Part shown: piece after piece, positions 36,693-46,751 of the stretch | How the letters are laid out: the number at the start of each line of letters is the position of its first letter | Numbering within the stretch: the first letter of the stretch is position 1 | Assembly (NCBI GenBank): GCA_965222115.1 | Contig: CBDCTJ010000007.1 | Location: forward strand, 1,952,001 to 2,016,000 | Source: Planctomycetota bacterium | GTDB lineage: Bacteria; Planctomycetota; PLA2; JAEUHO01 | Reading direction: 5' to 3' | DNA length: 64,000 bases | The notes under the pieces: generated by a model | Told to the model about the DNA's origin: nothing | Databases searched by the model: none | What the model saw: the letters and a program-made list of their open reading frames with translations, nothing else | Program-made: the position numbers and the translations under genes

Positions 36693-38396
36693 ATGGGTAC
36701 CTCAAACCTTCTGAATACGAGCACGCCGAATCTCAAGGCACTCTTAAGTAACGGGCGAGTGTATCGCGTACCTCCGTTTCAGAGAGACTATTCGTGGCGA
36801 CGGGAGAATTGGGAAGACCTGTGGTTGGACCTTCTTGAGCTTACGAAGGGGGCCACTCGTCAGCATTACATGGGGGCTGTAGTCTTGCGCCAGGAAGGGG
36901 CCGAGGAGTTTCAAGTAATCGATGGACAGCAGCGCCTCGCAACTTTAAGCCTCGTGGTGCTTGCCGTCGTAAAGCGCTTACTTGTGCTTGCTGACGATGG
37001 AATTGAGCCGGATCAGAATCGTGAGCGAGCAACTCTTCTTCGAAGCGCATTTATCGGAACTAAGCAGGCAGGATCATTGATCGAAGCCAGCAAGTTAACT
37101 CTTAATCGAAACGATAAGGGGTTTTATGAGGGAACGTTGGTGCAGCTACGTGATCCCGTTAGTGTTCGGACGCTCAGCGCATCCGAGAGGTTCCTGTGGG
37201 GTGCATTTTGTTATTTCCGCGATCGCGTTACGGAAGAATTTTCAGAATATAGCGGCCAGCAGCTCGCCGAATGGATCGAGTCACTTGTTTCCGTACGCCT
37301 ACTTTTTATTCAGGTCACCGTCGAAGATGAAGTTGGGGCATACACAGTTTTCGAAACACTAAACGCGCGTGGTCTTGACTTGACCGCTGGAGACCTAATA
37401 AAGAACTACTTGATGTCGAAAGTAGAACAATCGGGAGAAGGAGATTTGGCATTCGTGCTGGACAAGTGGAGCCGAATCTCGGCGCACGTTCGCGCTGGAA
37501 GGCTGCCCGAATTCTTGCGACATTACTACAATTCCCGGTATCCGTTTGTAAGAAAGGACCGTCTGTTTCGCGGTATCCGAAACCGCGTAGCTACTGCGGA
37601 CCAAGCAATCGCGTTGGTGGAGGACCTGGAACGAGCAGCGGTGCGTTACGGCGCCTTGTCGGCGGGCGATAACGAGTTCTGGTTGGACTTTGACGGTGCC
37701 GCACGTCATGTGAGGGCGCTCGTCTTGTTTGGCGTTGGGCAATATCGGCCGCTTGCGCTAGCGGCGCTGGACAAGATGGACGGAAATGAGGTCGTAACCG
37801 TTCTGCGAGATTGTGTCACTCTATCGATGCGCTTCAACATGGTTGCGCGACGCGGGACGCATGAACTGGAAAAGCGATACAATTTGGCAGCTATTGCTGT
37901 GACGGAGGGGAGAGCCGAAACTGCGGCGGAGATTAGAAAATTCTTACTACCCGCATACGTTGACGATGAAGAGTTTCGTTCTGACTTTGAACGGTATCAA
38001 CTCCCACGCAGCCCTAAGGGGAAGAAATTGGTGCGCTACGTCCTTTGCGAACTGGAGCACCAGAACTCTGGCCAAGACCTGAGTTGGGGCAGCCTGAGAG
38101 CGACCATAGAGCACATTGTGCCCGAAAGTTTGACTGCGGAATGGGAGGAGTGCTTTCCGTCGACTAGGCATGCTGAACTTGTCGATCGGCTTGGAAACTT
38201 CGCTCTGCTTGAGTCGGGACTAAACAATCAGATAGGGCAAGAGCCCTTTTCAGAGAAAGTCCTCGCTTTTCGGAAAAGCCAGTATCAACTCACTCAGGAA
38301 CTCGGTCAACTGAGTGAATGGACGCCCGCTGCATTGACGGAGCGCCAGAAAGGACTCGCCAAAATGGCTACTGCCATTTGGCGATTTCCGTCTTAG
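36693..38396 (+). CDS. DUF262 + DUF1524 (HNH) GmrSD-family type IV restriction/defence nuclease
   Basis: GGAGG RBS; VPPFQRDYSW, DGQQR, FETLNARG, IEHIVPE..GNFALL..LN. Confidence 0.92.
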   Translation: MGTSNLLNTSTPNLKALLSNGRVYRVPPFQRDYSWRRENWEDLWLDLLELTKGATRQHYMGAVVLRQEGAEEFQVIDGQQRLATLSLVVLAVVKRLLVLADDGIEPDQNRERATLLRSAFIGTKQAGSLIEASKLTLNRNDKGFYEGTLVQLRDPVSVRTLSASERFLWGAFCYFRDRVTEEFSEYSGQQLAEWIESLVSVRLLFIQVTVEDEVGAYTVFETLNARGLDLTAGDLIKNYLMSKVEQSGEGDLAFVLDKWSRISAHVRAGRLPEFLRHYYNSRYPFVRKDRLFRGIRNRVATADQAIALVEDLERAAVRYGALSAGDNEFWLDFDGAARHVRALVLFGVGQYRPLALAALDKMDGNEVVTVLRDCVTLSMRFNMVARRGTHELEKRYNLAAIAVTEGRAETAAEIRKFLLPAYVDDEEFRSDFERYQLPRSPKGKKLVRYVLCELEHQNSGQDLSWGSLRATIEHIVPESLTAEWEECFPSTRHAELVDRLGNFALLESGLNNQIGQEPFSEKVLAFRKSQYQLTQELGQLSEWTPAALTERQKGLAKMATAIWRFPS

Positions 38397-38492
38397 CGCT
38401 CACACGGGCAGCAGAAGGCTCGAATTGACTTTACGCGGCTCATGCAAGGGGATGGGAACTCGGTGTCTCCCTCGATCCGCATTCGAGGCAAT

Positions 38493-39782
38493 TCATGCCT
38501 TTCCGTTCGAACTATCGGCTAGGCCCGCGGCTGACCTGTCGCTGCCGTCATTGCGCGCATACACACGTACCGCCATGCGCTCATCGGCCTGACGTACGCG
38601 GAGGTACATCCCCCCTTCGAGCTCAAGCACGTCGGCCGAAACGGGAATGCGATCGAGGCGCGCTTGCAGAATGCCGGTGACGGTCGTGTTCTCTTCCTCT
38701 TCGTCCGCGAAGACAACATCGCAGTTGAGGAAACGAGCCACGTCACGGATGCGGGTGAGGCCGTGGACCAAGGCTTCGGTGCGCGACAGTCGCTTAACAA
38801 GTCCTTCGGTGACGTCGAGCTCGTCGATGGCTTCGCCCACGAGTTCTTCCACGAGGTCGTCCATCGTGACGATGCCTTCGGTGACGCCGTACTCGTCAAT
38901 GACTACGGCCATACGGCCGTGGGCGCGTTGCACATCGCGCAAAACGTCGTCGACCTTTTTGCTGGTTGGAACAAACAACGCTTTGCGCTTGAATTCGCCG
39001 ACCGTTTTCTCCTCGCCGCCTGTTGCGAGGGCCACCAGTGCATCGCGGCGCGCCAAGATTCCCGTCACGGCATCGAGGTCGTCGTCATAGATCGGAAACT
39101 GTGCGTGATTGGCACTCAACAGAATCTCGCGAATGCTTGCAAGTGGTGTGTCGGCCTTGAAACCACGAATGAGGCGTCGCGGCGTCATAACGTCTTCGGC
39201 CGTAATGTCGTCGAGTCGAAACACGCGCTGAATTAGTTCGACCTCGCGCGAGGCGATGTGGCCGCCCTCTTCGCCGAGCCGCGCGAGCTCCTTAATCTCC
39301 GATTCGCCGCCCGCGAGCACGCGTGACGACGGTTTGGCCCAACCCACGATCAGATCCACCAGCAACACGAGCGGGCGCAATGCCATGCTGACCCACTGCA
39401 ATAGGGGCGCAACGAGCATGGCAATCGGTTCGGGAAGCGCTTCACCGAGCACCTTGGGGACGATTTCACCAAAGGCGATGATGGCCAATGTCTGCGCGGC
39501 GATAAAGGCGAACATGCCGCCCGTGCTGTCGATCACGGTGGTGGCGTAGGCCGAGATTGCCGCGGTGCCGGCAATGGCGAAGATGTTATTGAGGATCACA
39601 ATGGAAGCGAGCGTGCGTCCGGGCTCGCGCTTGAGCGCCAGCAACCGGTCGGCGCCCTTTTCACCATTCTCCACGCGCACCCGTATGCGCGCTTCGCTCG
39701 TGGAGAGGAGCGCCGCCTCGCTAAGGGAGCAGAAAAAGGAGCCGGCCAGATTTCCGACAACGTAAAGGATGAGTTGCAACAT
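38493..39782 (-). CDS. Hemolysin-family CNNM/CBS/CorC protein
   Basis: FFCSLSEAALLS, FGEIVPK, DVMTPR, VIDEYG.TEGIVTMDDLVEELVGE. Confidence 0.93.
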   Translation of the reverse strand: MLQLILYVVGNLAGSFFCSLSEAALLSTSEARIRVRVENGEKGADRLLALKREPGRTLASIVILNNIFAIAGTAAISAYATTVIDSTGGMFAFIAAQTLAIIAFGEIVPKVLGEALPEPIAMLVAPLLQWVSMALRPLVLLVDLIVGWAKPSSRVLAGGESEIKELARLGEEGGHIASREVELIQRVFRLDDITAEDVMTPRRLIRGFKADTPLASIREILLSANHAQFPIYDDDLDAVTGILARRDALVALATGGEEKTVGEFKRKALFVPTSKKVDDVLRDVQRAHGRMAVVIDEYGVTEGIVTMDDLVEELVGEAIDELDVTEGLVKRLSRTEALVHGLTRIRDVARFLNCDVVFADEEEENTTVTGILQARLDRIPVSADVLELEGGMYLRVRQADERMAVRVYARNDGSDRSAAGLADSSNGKA

Positions 39783-40049
39783 GGGTTTGCCTGCCTACGC
39801 AGGAGCCGCAGAGCCGAGGCTCAGTTCGAAAACTCCTCTACTACGCGATCCGATCCACTCGCTGCGAGTTGCGTCCCATTGAAATTGTCATCCTCGACGT
39901 GAACAGATCACGTCTGCGGGTCAATTTCTCGGTCCATCAACTCTCGCGTCGGTCTCGAACCGCTCGCTACGAGGCTTTTCAAACAGAGCCTATACGCCCC
40001 CGCGTGAATTGCATAGATTCCATGGCATTTCCCGCAAATGGTGACCCAG

Positions 40050-40814
40050 CTAAAAGGTGTGCAAGGCTCCCTGAGCGGCCATGCGAATGCGGGTATCGCC
40101 CAGCGCCGCCAGCTCGTTTCGAATTTCGGCGGCATAGCCAGGCTTGACATGAATGACGAAAATGGGGACGTCCTTGTTTAGCGAGGCCAGGTCGTTGGCC
40201 AGAAGCTGAGGTGTCATATGGCCGCTGCGCGTTGCCAAAGCCTCGTGGTGATTGGGGAAACTGCACTCCACGAATACGGCTCGCAGATCATCCGTCGCCG
40301 CGGCAAGATTCCACACCGCCGTGGTGGACGTCGTGTCGCCGGCAATGATGATTGACGCATCGCCGGAACGGATGCGAAAGCCCAAGCACGGCACACTGTG
40401 ATTCATCTCGCACGCGGTGAGCTCGTAGCCGTCGATCCATGTGGATGACTCACCTGCTTCAACAAATTGCCAATCGAGTACATCGGCACCATTGTGTTGA
40501 AGGTGCGTCAGGTCTGGCCACACCACATCGTTGAATATGTGCTCTTTCAAAGCCTTTTGGGTGAGGCGGGTCGTCAATAGCTTCAGCGTATCGGGTTTGC
40601 CCATGAATCGATTGGCCACAAAGAGCGGTAGCGACCAGATGTGATCCACATGGGTATGCGTGATGGCGATTCCACGAATCTTCAGTTGCGCCGCAAGTGG
40701 CAGGCTGTCGGTGAGCGCCCCTGCGTCGACCGCCACGACGTCGTCGATGAGGTAGCACGACAGCCGCGTATTCGGCGCACTTCCCCCCCCGCAACCTAGG
40801 ACTCGAATCTGCAT
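40050..40814 (-). CDS. 3',5'-cyclic nucleotide phosphodiesterase, metallo-beta-lactamase fold
   Basis: VLGCGGG, VDAG, THTHVDH, HIFNDVVWPD, ECSFPN, GHMTP. Confidence 0.88.
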   Translation of the reverse strand: MQIRVLGCGGGSAPNTRLSCYLIDDVVAVDAGALTDSLPLAAQLKIRGIAITHTHVDHIWSLPLFVANRFMGKPDTLKLLTTRLTQKALKEHIFNDVVWPDLTHLQHNGADVLDWQFVEAGESSTWIDGYELTACEMNHSVPCLGFRIRSGDASIIIAGDTTSTTAVWNLAAATDDLRAVFVECSFPNHHEALATRSGHMTPQLLANDLASLNKDVPIFVIHVKPGYAAEIRNELAALGDTRIRMAAQGALHTF

Positions 40815-41011
40815 GTGGGCCGTAGCCTACCGCCGACGGCCTCATTGCACAGAAACACGGTGCGCGGAATCCCGCGAACCCATCGACGCCGTGGGGTCCG
40901 GTGGAGTTGACCGATTTTGTTGGCGACGGCTAGCATATGGGCGCAACGCCGCAGCTCATGAGGGTCCGCTAGGACGAGCCTTCGTACGGCGATTGCAAAA
41001 ATAGCCCGCGT

Positions 41012-43108
41012 ATGTCGGCGCGTACCACTCTCGGGAGAGCATCGGTGCAACAGAGCCCGCTAATTGGCGTCATGAAGATCTTGGCCTTCATCGCACTTGC
41101 ATTCATGGTTTGGCTCACATGGTGGCAGGCCGATCGACGCGAGCAGCGCCTCGACGAAACCCGCAAACAGATCTCCGGTATCAAAAACGACATTACGAAG
41201 ATGCGCGGTGCCGTAGACAAACTCACTTCGTCGATTCGATCCGGCATCGTAGTTACCGGGCAGTCTTCAGTTTCGCCAGGCTCGTCCGGATCGTCGGGCG
41301 TAGCGAAGAAGAACATCCCTCCGCCTCCTGCGTACCTGAGTGAGAAGGCAAAGGCGCTTTGGGGGCGCTACGAGAACTACTTCACGCCCGAAGACGATCC
41401 GATTGAGATTCCCCCGCTCGACACGAAGGGCGCGGACGTCGATGGCCGAATCAACTGCTGGTTCCTCGGGAAACCCGCTGCCAAGGTCAACTGGGTCACC
41501 GGCAACGACAGCAATATGACCACGCAGGTTAGGGAGTATTGCGAGAGCAGGCTTGGCCGTGTACACGATCGAAACCCTTCCCTTTGGAAACCTGAGTCTG
41601 CTGTTCGTGTAGAGGTGAATCGCGAAGATGTTGGGGATACTCCTAAGTTCTGCGAGTGGGTCGTCTTCTTGCGCGACGACATGTACTGGCACACACCCCA
41701 GGTAGACCTCACGAAATATCCGCATCTGGCCGGCGAACACAAGGTGACCTCGCGCGATTTCAAGTTTCGCCTCGATCTCATTCTTAATGAGGACGTTGAC
41801 TGCGCCAGCTTGCGCAACTACTACAGCGAGTGTGCAGGCATCGAGATCGTTGATGACTACTGTTTCATTGTTCGTTGGAAGAAGCCGCAGTACAACGCGA
41901 TTACGTTCACCCTTGATCATAGACCGGCGCCCTACTTCGTATTCGCATTTGATGAAAAGGGACGCGAGTACGACGACAGCGAAGTGGGTGCGGCCTTCAA
42001 CACCCATTGGATGTATCGAGACTTCAAATTCGTAGGCCACGGACCCTATTACGTGGCTGAGTTCAACCCATCAAGTCACGTGCTGTTGCGCCGATTCGAT
42101 CGCTACTTTGGTGAGACGAGCCTCCCTAAGGAGATTCGCCAAGAGATGTTTCCAGCGGCGAAGATGGCCGTAGACAAGATGGAAAGCGGTGATTTTGACT
42201 ACGTGCGTATGTCTGCAAAGGACTGGGACAAGAAGGTCAACAGCGGGAAGGAGACGCCGTTCAATGACGGTTCCATGGAAGAGGAGTGGGCATGGGACAC
42301 CGGCTACTATTTCATCGCGTGGAAAACGACGCACAAGATCTTTCGAGACGTTCGCGTACGTCGCGCCATGACCATGGCGTGTGACCGCAATCGCGTGCGC
42401 GACGTGATTCAGCACGGAAAGTCGAAGGTTCTCACGGGGCCGCAGCACGTGAACTCGCCCTTCAATCCGCCTGATTTGGAGCCGTTGCCCTTCGACCTCG
42501 AAGCGTCAGCGGCGTTGCTCAAAGAGGCGGGTTGGGAAGACACCGATGGCGATGGCGTACTCGACAAACAGTTGGAGAAGGGCGCGGAGCGGACGGATTT
42601 TCGCTTCGTTGCAACGTTACCGAGCGGCAGTGAGCGCGCCGATGCAATCTTCAAGATGTTCAAAGAAGACCTGCGCAAGATTGGCGTCGAAATGACCATC
42701 ACACGCATGGCGTGGGCGCAGTTTGGCGAAGAGGCACTCGATGGCCGCAGCTTTGAGTGTACGACGCTCGGATGGAACGGCAGTGGTTGGGAGAGTGACC
42801 TCTATCAGATCTGGCACAGCAGTCAGATCAAGTCGGCGCGATCGAGTAATTTTATCGAGTTCAATGACAAGGTGACGGACGAGCTCATTGAACGGCTCCG
42901 CGCTACATTCGATGTAGATGAGCGCGTCCGTCTCCAGCGTAAAGCACACAAACGAATCGCAGAACTTCAGCCGTATACGTTTCTGACCACGCGGCGCATT
43001 CCTTGGTTTTCCTGGAAACACCGCGTTGGCAATTTCGCTGCAGGTACGCGATACGCCGTGCGTCCTGCCGTTCGCATGACGCCTATGTTTGTGAAGTCGC
43101 CCGACTAA
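41012..43108 (+). CDS. Oligopeptide-type ABC transporter substrate-binding protein (family 5)
   Basis: N-terminal TM/coiled coil; VGHGPY, FRDVRVRRAM, LLKEAGWEDTDGDG, IAELQPYTFL. Start may be 41045/41072. Confidence 0.9.
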   Translation: MSARTTLGRASVQQSPLIGVMKILAFIALAFMVWLTWWQADRREQRLDETRKQISGIKNDITKMRGAVDKLTSSIRSGIVVTGQSSVSPGSSGSSGVAKKNIPPPPAYLSEKAKALWGRYENYFTPEDDPIEIPPLDTKGADVDGRINCWFLGKPAAKVNWVTGNDSNMTTQVREYCESRLGRVHDRNPSLWKPESAVRVEVNREDVGDTPKFCEWVVFLRDDMYWHTPQVDLTKYPHLAGEHKVTSRDFKFRLDLILNEDVDCASLRNYYSECAGIEIVDDYCFIVRWKKPQYNAITFTLDHRPAPYFVFAFDEKGREYDDSEVGAAFNTHWMYRDFKFVGHGPYYVAEFNPSSHVLLRRFDRYFGETSLPKEIRQEMFPAAKMAVDKMESGDFDYVRMSAKDWDKKVNSGKETPFNDGSMEEEWAWDTGYYFIAWKTTHKIFRDVRVRRAMTMACDRNRVRDVIQHGKSKVLTGPQHVNSPFNPPDLEPLPFDLEASAALLKEAGWEDTDGDGVLDKQLEKGAERTDFRFVATLPSGSERADAIFKMFKEDLRKIGVEMTITRMAWAQFGEEALDGRSFECTTLGWNGSGWESDLYQIWHSSQIKSARSSNFIEFNDKVTDELIERLRATFDVDERVRLQRKAHKRIAELQPYTFLTTRRIPWFSWKHRVGNFAAGTRYAVRPAVRMTPMFVKSPD

Positions 43109-43162
43109 GGTGCATGTGCGAACCCCGACGCCCCCGGTTGCGCCCTGCGATGGAGAAGCCAA

Positions 43163-44632
43163 GTGCTTGAGTACATCGTAAAGCGAGTGCTGCTTATGAT
43201 CCCGACGTTCATCGGGATCTCGTTTTTGGTGTGGCTTATCATGACACTTGCACCCGGTGAACCTGCAGGTGCATCACAGCAGTCCAGCGACGGACAGGCC
43301 GATGCCAAAGACGCCGAGTCGGGCGACAAGAGTCAGCGCAATTTTCGTCGGCAGTTTGGACTCGATCGACCGCGCTTCATTAACACATGGACCACGCTCG
43401 ACAAGAAGGAGGTACTTGAAGCATTGGACGCCGATTTGCGGGGTGCCGGAAGCGGCCCCGATGCAGTCTCGCCAAGCGCGCTCAAAGACGCCAAACGCAA
43501 GCTGCTCGACTGGCAACGCTACGCCATTCCGCCACTCCTAGAGATCGTGAAGGAATCGGGCGACAACCCACGACTCCAAGATCGCGCGCTCTCGTACCTG
43601 CGCCGGTCGGCCTATACCATTCGCACACCGTATCCTGCCAGCTACGTTCCCACGGAAGCCGAATCCAAACGTGATCGCAAGATTGAAGCCTTCAATCGGG
43701 AACTTGATACGGCTACTTACCGCTGGAGCGACGAATCAACTGCGCAAGAACGGCAAGCGGTACTCGACAACTGGAACACGTGGTTCGAAACGCACAAGCA
43801 TGAGTTTGACTACTCCACCTGGGAAGTGTTCAAAATCGGAGTCACCGACACACAGTTCGGTAAGTACTGGGGTGGATTGCTAAAGCTCGATTTCGGGCTG
43901 AGTCTGCGCACCCGAGAGCCGGTGCTTAAGATGATTCTTAGCAAGCTCAAGTACAGTCTGTCGCTCGCCGTGCCGTCCTTCATTATCGCGTGGATTTTGG
44001 CGGTGTTCTTGGGCGTATTTAGCGCCACGCACCCGAACACACCTACCGACCAAACGCTCAGCGTATCGCTCTATATGCTCTATAGCATTCCGAGCTTCGT
44101 CATGGGCACGCTCTTGCAGCGTTGGTTGGCGGTCGAGCACGGGCTCTTCCCCATATCGGGATTTGAGTCGCCGGATGCGTTGCAGACCATGACCACGTGG
44201 GAGCATTTCAAGGACGTGCTTTGGCACATTACGTTGCCACTCATCGTCTACACCTATGGGGGCCTCACGTACATTTCGCGCCAGGCACGGTCGGGCATGC
44301 TGCAGGTACTCAAGTCCGACTACGTGCGCACCGCGCGCGCCAAAGGGCTGCCGGAACGGTCAGTGATTTGGAAGCACGCGGTGCGAAATGGCATCATGCC
44401 CATCGTCACGCTGCTTGGAACGGCCTTGCCTGTACTGCTCGCCGGAAGTGTTTTTATCGAATACATATTCAACATTGACGGATTCGGGCAGCTCATGATC
44501 AACTCCATACTTGATAAGGACTATAACGTCGTTATGGCCGTGCAGTTGTTCGTTGCCGTGCTCACGCTGGTGGGTCTACTTCTCACCGACATCATCTACG
44601 CAGCCATGGATCCAAGGATTACGTTCAAGTGA
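43163..44632 (+). CDS. ABC permease OppB/DppB-type with large inserted domain
   Basis: YIVKRVLLMIPT..LAPGEP; DYVRTARAKGL..HAVRN; DPRI. Confidence 0.92.
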   Translation: MLEYIVKRVLLMIPTFIGISFLVWLIMTLAPGEPAGASQQSSDGQADAKDAESGDKSQRNFRRQFGLDRPRFINTWTTLDKKEVLEALDADLRGAGSGPDAVSPSALKDAKRKLLDWQRYAIPPLLEIVKESGDNPRLQDRALSYLRRSAYTIRTPYPASYVPTEAESKRDRKIEAFNRELDTATYRWSDESTAQERQAVLDNWNTWFETHKHEFDYSTWEVFKIGVTDTQFGKYWGGLLKLDFGLSLRTREPVLKMILSKLKYSLSLAVPSFIIAWILAVFLGVFSATHPNTPTDQTLSVSLYMLYSIPSFVMGTLLQRWLAVEHGLFPISGFESPDALQTMTTWEHFKDVLWHITLPLIVYTYGGLTYISRQARSGMLQVLKSDYVRTARAKGLPERSVIWKHAVRNGIMPIVTLLGTALPVLLAGSVFIEYIFNIDGFGQLMINSILDKDYNVVMAVQLFVAVLTLVGLLLTDIIYAAMDPRITFK

Positions 44633-46704
44633 GAGACAGCGGCACACCACCAGAGCAAAGGGGCACTGCCGACGTGCCACCTGCCACCGACTCGCTTGCC
44701 CTCGCGCGCGTAAGTCAATGGGACATCATTGCCAAGCAGTTCCGCAAGAATCGACTCGCAGTTTGGGGACTGCGGGTCACGGTGACCTTGGTGCTGTTGG
44801 CGTTCTACGCGCCCGTCATAGCCAGCGGTGTGCCCTTTGTATGGAAGCGGCCACAGGACGACGCCGTGAGCTATCCGTGGCTCACCACGCTCATGAACAA
44901 GGGCGTGTGGGAGCACACGCTCGACCGCTTGTTCAATTTGGGAATGCTCGTCCTCACGGTCTACCTGCTCGCAGCACTGGTGATGCGCGTAGTACCCGCA
45001 TGGCGTGCGTCGTGGCAACGTGTACGAGGCCGCGTGCGGCTTGCTCTCTTGGGCGTGTTTCTCGTCCTATCGATTGCGCATGTGTTTCAAGAGTCCATCG
45101 CTGCGTCATGGTCTTGGTTTGGCTGGTTTTTGTTGGCTGCGGGATTGGCAGCTGCAGCGGTTTGGTGGATTGGGCGCCGGGCCAATCGAACGATTGCATG
45201 GTGGGCAGTGCGAGGCGTGGGTGTTCTGATTCTTGTAGCCGTATGCGCCAAGTGGATTCCCTTTCTCTCCGACGAAACCCGCAAGGTGAACTATCGGGAG
45301 CCGGTCAACATGGTTCGCGACGCGCGCGACCTCGCCCAGGCGCTCCCTATCGTTGAAGACCTTCTCGCTCGCGATGACGACCTCACGAAAAATTGCAAAC
45401 AGGCTATCGAACAATTGGCATTAGCGAAGACCGAGTTGCAACGCCAGGAAGGCGAGGCGGCGCTGTCGATCTTTGCGAAACTCGACGAGCTCGCGTCGGA
45501 CATTCAAAAGACCGAGAACCAGGCGCGCACGGATGCCATGGCGTACACACGTCGGCTTGCGCGGTTGTCGGGCGATGAATCAAGTGATCGAATGCGCAAC
45601 GTGATCGAGACGTTGAGCAACAACAAGAACAGTGCGCGGGAGGCGATTGCAGCGGCCATGGCGTCGCTGGATGGCGATCGGTCCAATGATGGCGCCAAAA
45701 TGCGTCGGAAGTTTGGTTCGCTCAAGTCGAAGATTGAAGAACAACTCACCTCGCTTCCCGCCGCGTTGCGTTCCGGCCTACGAAGCGCCCAATCCGATTC
45801 CATGCGCACGCTGCTGCGAAGCAAAGAGACCGCCGCGTTGCCAAGTCCCGCGGCCAATGACCCCTTGACCGCCCTCGGATTGCCTACTTCGAATCAGGCA
45901 CGTGCCTACGTCGCCTTTGCCGAGCGAAACTTGGCTGACCACATACGCGTGATGACCCATGTTCCCTACGGCTACGACGATCAACTCCCCAGGAAGTATG
46001 ACAAGTTTCGACTTAGCATGGACTTCGCGCGCGGCGAACGCCACTACTTGGGCACCACCGAGAACGGCGAAGACGTATTCGTTCGCATGCTCTACGGGCT
46101 AAGGATTGGCCTCACGATTGGCATTGTGGCGGTCTCCCTGTATGTGCTCATTGGGATCATTATGGGCGCGCTCGCTGGATTCTTCCGCGGCCGCGTAGAC
46201 ATGATCATTATGCGTATTGTGGAGATGATGCTCTGCATCCCGGGCTTGTTCTTGATTCTCACGATCGTGTCGATCTTCGAGAAACGAACCATCTTTCACA
46301 TCATGCTGGCCATTGGCCTCGTGAGTTGGACGGGCGTGACTCGACTGGTGCGCGGTGAATTCCTACGCGAGCGCAATCGCGAATACGTGACGGCGGCTCA
46401 GGCCATGGGCTACTCCACGCCCCGCATCATCTTTCGACACATTCTTCCCAACTCAATGGGCCCCGTCTTGGTTGTGGCCACATTTGGCGTGGTGGGGGCG
46501 ATTCTCACGGAATCAGGGCTTTCCTTCCTGGGACTGGGCGACGCCAACGTGCCGTCGTGGGGCGCGATTCTTGAGCACGGGAAGAACAATGAGTATTGGC
46601 ACTTAATTCTCCCGCCATCAGTTGCCATATTTATCACTGTGACGGCGCTCAACTTGGTGGGGGACGGCCTCCGCGACGCGCTCGATCCCAAGCTCCGCGA
46701 CTGA
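44629..46704 (+). CDS. ABC permease OppC/DppC-type with large inserted region
   Basis: QFRKNRLA; HYLGT..GEDVF.R; EYVTAAQAMG..HILPN; GDGLRDALDPK. Confidence 0.92.
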   Translation: MRDSGTPPEQRGTADVPPATDSLALARVSQWDIIAKQFRKNRLAVWGLRVTVTLVLLAFYAPVIASGVPFVWKRPQDDAVSYPWLTTLMNKGVWEHTLDRLFNLGMLVLTVYLLAALVMRVVPAWRASWQRVRGRVRLALLGVFLVLSIAHVFQESIAASWSWFGWFLLAAGLAAAAVWWIGRRANRTIAWWAVRGVGVLILVAVCAKWIPFLSDETRKVNYREPVNMVRDARDLAQALPIVEDLLARDDDLTKNCKQAIEQLALAKTELQRQEGEAALSIFAKLDELASDIQKTENQARTDAMAYTRRLARLSGDESSDRMRNVIETLSNNKNSAREAIAAAMASLDGDRSNDGAKMRRKFGSLKSKIEEQLTSLPAALRSGLRSAQSDSMRTLLRSKETAALPSPAANDPLTALGLPTSNQARAYVAFAERNLADHIRVMTHVPYGYDDQLPRKYDKFRLSMDFARGERHYLGTTENGEDVFVRMLYGLRIGLTIGIVAVSLYVLIGIIMGALAGFFRGRVDMIIMRIVEMMLCIPGLFLILTIVSIFEKRTIFHIMLAIGLVSWTGVTRLVRGEFLRERNREYVTAAQAMGYSTPRIIFRHILPNSMGPVLVVATFGVVGAILTESGLSFLGLGDANVPSWGAILEHGKNNEYWHLILPPSVAIFITVTALNLVGDGLRDALDPKLRD

Positions 46705-46751
46705 CACAAAAGGTACAACGGATCGCGATGTTCTCTGGGTAGAAGGTTTGA

